Positions 60,830 through 64,000 of a stretch of 64,000 bases of DNA are shown in pieces; the first letter of the stretch is position 1; each line of letters starts with the position of its first letter. Location: positions 544,655 through 608,654 of the forward strand of contig NW_024055458.1 in the NCBI RefSeq assembly GCF_902713615.1, given 5' to 3'. Below the pieces are notes generated by a model. The model was not told the origin of the DNA and did no database searches. It saw only the letters and a list, made by a program, of their open reading frames with translations. This DNA is from Scyliorhinus canicula (taxonomy: Eukaryota). The position numbers and the translations under genes are program-made.

Positions 60830-63600
60830 ATAGAGCAGAGAGCCCTGGAAAAGGTAGAGAGATGGGGAAATGTGCGGGAAGCCTCGGAAAAGGCAGAGAG
60901 CTGTGGAAAACTGCGGGGAGCCTGAGAAAATATAGAGAGTTGGGGAAAGCACAGGGAGCCTGGGAAAAGGCAGAGAGCTGGGGAAAAGCACAGGAAGGCT
61001 GGGAAAATATAGAGAGCTGGGGGAAAGCATAGGAAGCCTGGGAAAATATAGAGAGCCGGGGAAAGGACAGGGAGCCTGGGAAAAGGCAGAGAGCAGGGGG
61101 AAAGCACAGGGAGCCTGGGAAAAGGCAGAGAGCCGGGGGAAAGCATAGGGAAGTTGGGAAAAGGTAGAGAGTTGGGGAAAAGCACAGGGAGACTGGGAAA
61201 AGGCAGCGATCTGGAGAAAGTACAGGGAGCCTGGGAAAAGGTAGAGGTTTGGGGGAAAGCGCGTAAGCCTGGGAAAAGGTAGAAAGCTGGGAAAACGTGC
61301 GGGGAACCTGGGAAAAGGTAGAGAGCTGGGGAAAAGCACAGTGAGCCTGGGAAAAGGTAGAGAGCTGGGGGAAAGCACAGGAAGCCTGGAAAAGGTAGAG
61401 AGCTGGGGAAAAGTGCGGGGAGTCTGGGAAAAGGCAGAGAGCAGGGGAAAAGCGCAGGGAGTCTGGGAAAGGGCAGAGAGCGGGGGAAAGCACAGGGAGC
61501 CTGGGAACAGGCAGAGAGCTGGGGAAGAGCACAGGAGCCTGGGAAAATGTATAGAGCTGTGGGAAAGCGCAGGGAGCCTGTGAAAAGGTAGAAAGCTGGG
61601 GAAAAGTGCGGGGAGTTTGGGAAAAGGCAGAGAGTTGGGGGAAAGCGCAGGGAGTCTGGGAAAGGGCAGAGAGTTGGGGGAATAGGATAGGGAGCCTGGG
61701 AAACGTTTGAGAGCTGGAGGAAAGCAAAAGGAGTCCGGAAAATGCAGGAAGTGGGGCGAAAGCTCAGGGAGCCTGGGAAAAGGCTGAGAGCTGGGGAAAA
61801 GCGCAGGGAGCCTGGGAAAAGGCTGAGAGCTGGGGAAAAGCGTAGGGAGACTGGGAAAGGCTGAGAGCTGGGGAAAAGCACAGGGAGACTGGGAAAAGGC
61901 TAAGAGCTGGGGAAAAGCGCAGGGAGACTGGGAAAAGGTAGACAGCTGGGAAAAAGCGCAGGATGCCTGGGAAAAGGTAGGGAGCTGGGAAAAAGCACAG
62001 GATGCCTGGAAAAAGGTAGAGATCTGGGAAAAAGCACAGGATGCCTGGGAAAAGGTAGAGAGCTGGGGAAAATCACAGGAAGCCTGGGAAAAGGTAGAGA
62101 GCTGGGAAAAATGACAGGAAGCCTGGGAGACGATATGGAGATGGGGGAAAGCACAGGGAGCCTGGGAAAAGATAGAGCTGGGGAAAAGCGCAGGGAGACT
62201 GGGAAAAAGTATAGAGCTGGGGAAAAGTGCAGGGAGCCTGGGAAAAGAAGGAGCTGGGGAAAAGCGCAGGGAGACTGGGAAAAGATAGAGCTGGGGAACA
62301 GCGCAGGGAGACTGGGAAAAGGTAGAGAGCTGGGGAAAAGTGCAGGGAGCCTGGGAAAAGAAGGAGCTGGGGAAAAGCGCAGGGAGACTGGGAAAATGCA
62401 GAGAGCTGGGGAAAAGTGCAGCGAGCCTGGGAAAAGGTAGAGAGCTGGTGGGAAAGCGCAGGGAGCCTTGGAAAGGATGGAGCTGGGGAAAAGCACGGGG
62501 AGGCTGGGAAAAGGCAGAGAGTTGGGGAAAAGCAGAGGGAGTCTGGGAAAGGGCAGAGAGTTGGGGGAAAGCACAGGGAGCCTGGGAAAAGGTAGAGAGC
62601 TGGGGAAAGCACAGGGAGCCTGGGAAAAGGCTGAGAGCTGGGGATAAGCACAGGGAGCCTGGGAAAAGGCTGAGAGCTTGGGGAAAGCACAGGGAGCCTG
62701 GGAAAAGGCTGAGAGCTGGGGAAAAGCGGAGGGAGACTGGGAAGGGCTGAGAGCTGGGGAAAAGCGCAGGGAGACTGGGAAAAGGCTGAGAGCTGGGGAA
62801 AAGCACAGGGAGACTGGGAAAAGATAGAGAGCTGGGGAAAAGCACAGGATGCCTGGGAAAAGGTAGAGAGCTGGGAAAAAGCACAGGAAGCCTGGGAGAC
62901 GATATGGAGATGGGGGAAAGCACAGGGAGCCTGGGAAAAGATAGAGCTGGGGAAAAGCGCAGAGAGACTGGGAAAAGGTATAGAGCTGGGGAAAAGTGCA
63001 GGGAGCCTGGGAAAAGAAGGAGCTGGGGAAAAGCGCAGGGAGACTGGGAAAAGATAGAGCTGGGGAAAAGTGCAGGGAGCCTGGGAAAAGAAGGAGCTGG
63101 GGAAAAGCGCAGGGAGACTGGGAAGAGGTAGAGAGATGGGGAAAAGCACAGGGAGCCTGGGAAAAGGTAGAGAGCTGGGGGGAAAGCGCAGGGAGCCTTT
63201 GAAAAGATGGAGCTGGGGAAAAGCGCAGGGAGACTGGGAAAAGGCAGAGAGCTGGGGAAAAGCACAGGGAGCCTCGGATACGGCAGCGAGCTGGGGTGGG
63301 GGGGGGGGACACATGGAGCCTGGGAAATGGTATAAAGCTGGGTTAAAGTACAGGGAGCCTGGGAAAAGGCAGAGAGCTGGGGAAAAGCACAGGGAGCCTG
63401 AGAAAAGGCAGAGAGCTGGGGAAAAGCACAGGGAGCCTGGGAAAAGGCAGAGAGCTGGGTAAAAGCACAGGGAGCCTCGGAATGGGTAGCGAGCTGGCCG
63501 GGGTGGGGGGGGTGGGGGGGGGGGGGGGGGTACACGGAGCCTGGGAAATTGTATAAAGCTGTGTAAAGTATAGGGAGCCTGGGAAATACGAGAGCTGAGT
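60830..63600 (+). repeat. G-rich 39-bp tandem array (GGGAGCCTGGGAAAAGGCAGAGAGCTGGGGAAAAGCACA), ~70 units
   Basis: Direct reading; the minus-strand ORFs show the matching 13-aa period PCAFPQLSAFSQA; higher-order duplication with 769-bp spacing (CGATATGGAG at 62131 and 62900). Confidence 0.95.
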
Positions 63601-64000
63601 AGTGAGCAGGTGAGATGACCAGAGAGCTGAGCGCAGACAGGGGAGAGAATCTGCAGGAACATGGGGAAAAGTGGTAATTGCTGGGCCAAAGCCAATAATC
63701 AGGGGGCAAAGTGCCATGTTCTGGGGAAAAGCACAAAGAGCAAGTGGAAAGTTTCAGAAGCTGAGGCAAAGAGCAAACAACCTGAAAAGATGCAGCTGGG
63801 CAAATTACAGAAGTGGAGGAAAGATCAGAGAGCTGGGAAAAGCGCAGAGAGCTGGGAAAAGGACAGGAAGCTGGTTAACGCGGATACATGGAATGTGGAG
63901 TCCATCCCACAATCCGCTCCGCCATAATCATATTGAATAGTGCAGGAGACCTGAGGGACCGAATGGCCGCATCCCGCTTTTAATGTCCAGGGTCCTGTAA

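Noticed and set aside
60612-63769. Very long minus-strand ORFs (984, 540, 470, 371, 352 aa)
   Set aside because: They arise from the stop-poor C/T-rich strand of the 39-bp array. Several frames are open at once and the peptides are just the 13-aa repeat.

Overview
Vertebrate genomic DNA from a cartilaginous fish (shark). This is inferred from the V-D-D-J immunoglobulin cluster layout, HE1/V-SINEs and a SacSINE1-like Deu-SINE. The left ~41 kb is a transposon-dense cluster of KRAB-less C2H2 zinc-finger genes: two intact single-coding-exon genes facing away from each other (7486-8775 on -, 17167-18009 on +), several broken copies, a repeated family of CCAAT/GC-box/NRF1-like promoters and inverted segmental duplications. 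It is littered with CR1, L2, RTE, Rex1-like, L1, Penelope and ERV-like fragments. At 47.7-49.5 kb is an unrearranged IgM-type heavy-chain cluster (leader-V-D1-D2-J, all six RSSs near canonical) whose V is frameshifted by an apparent 11-nt microhomology deletion. I found no constant-region exon in the 14.5 kb downstream. That stretch holds a triplicated block, a 65-bp x4 E-box repeat, C-rich satellites and a ~2.8 kb G-rich 39-bp array built on GAGCTGGGG (the mammalian S-mu motif) in the IgH sense orientation. This switch-region-like array is the most intriguing feature, but its function is untested. Penelope ends carry minimal type I hammerhead ribozymes (eight motifs, three with intact cores), two of them inside tiny TSD-flanked insertions. 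All calls come from reading the sequence by eye; repeat boundaries are approximate.
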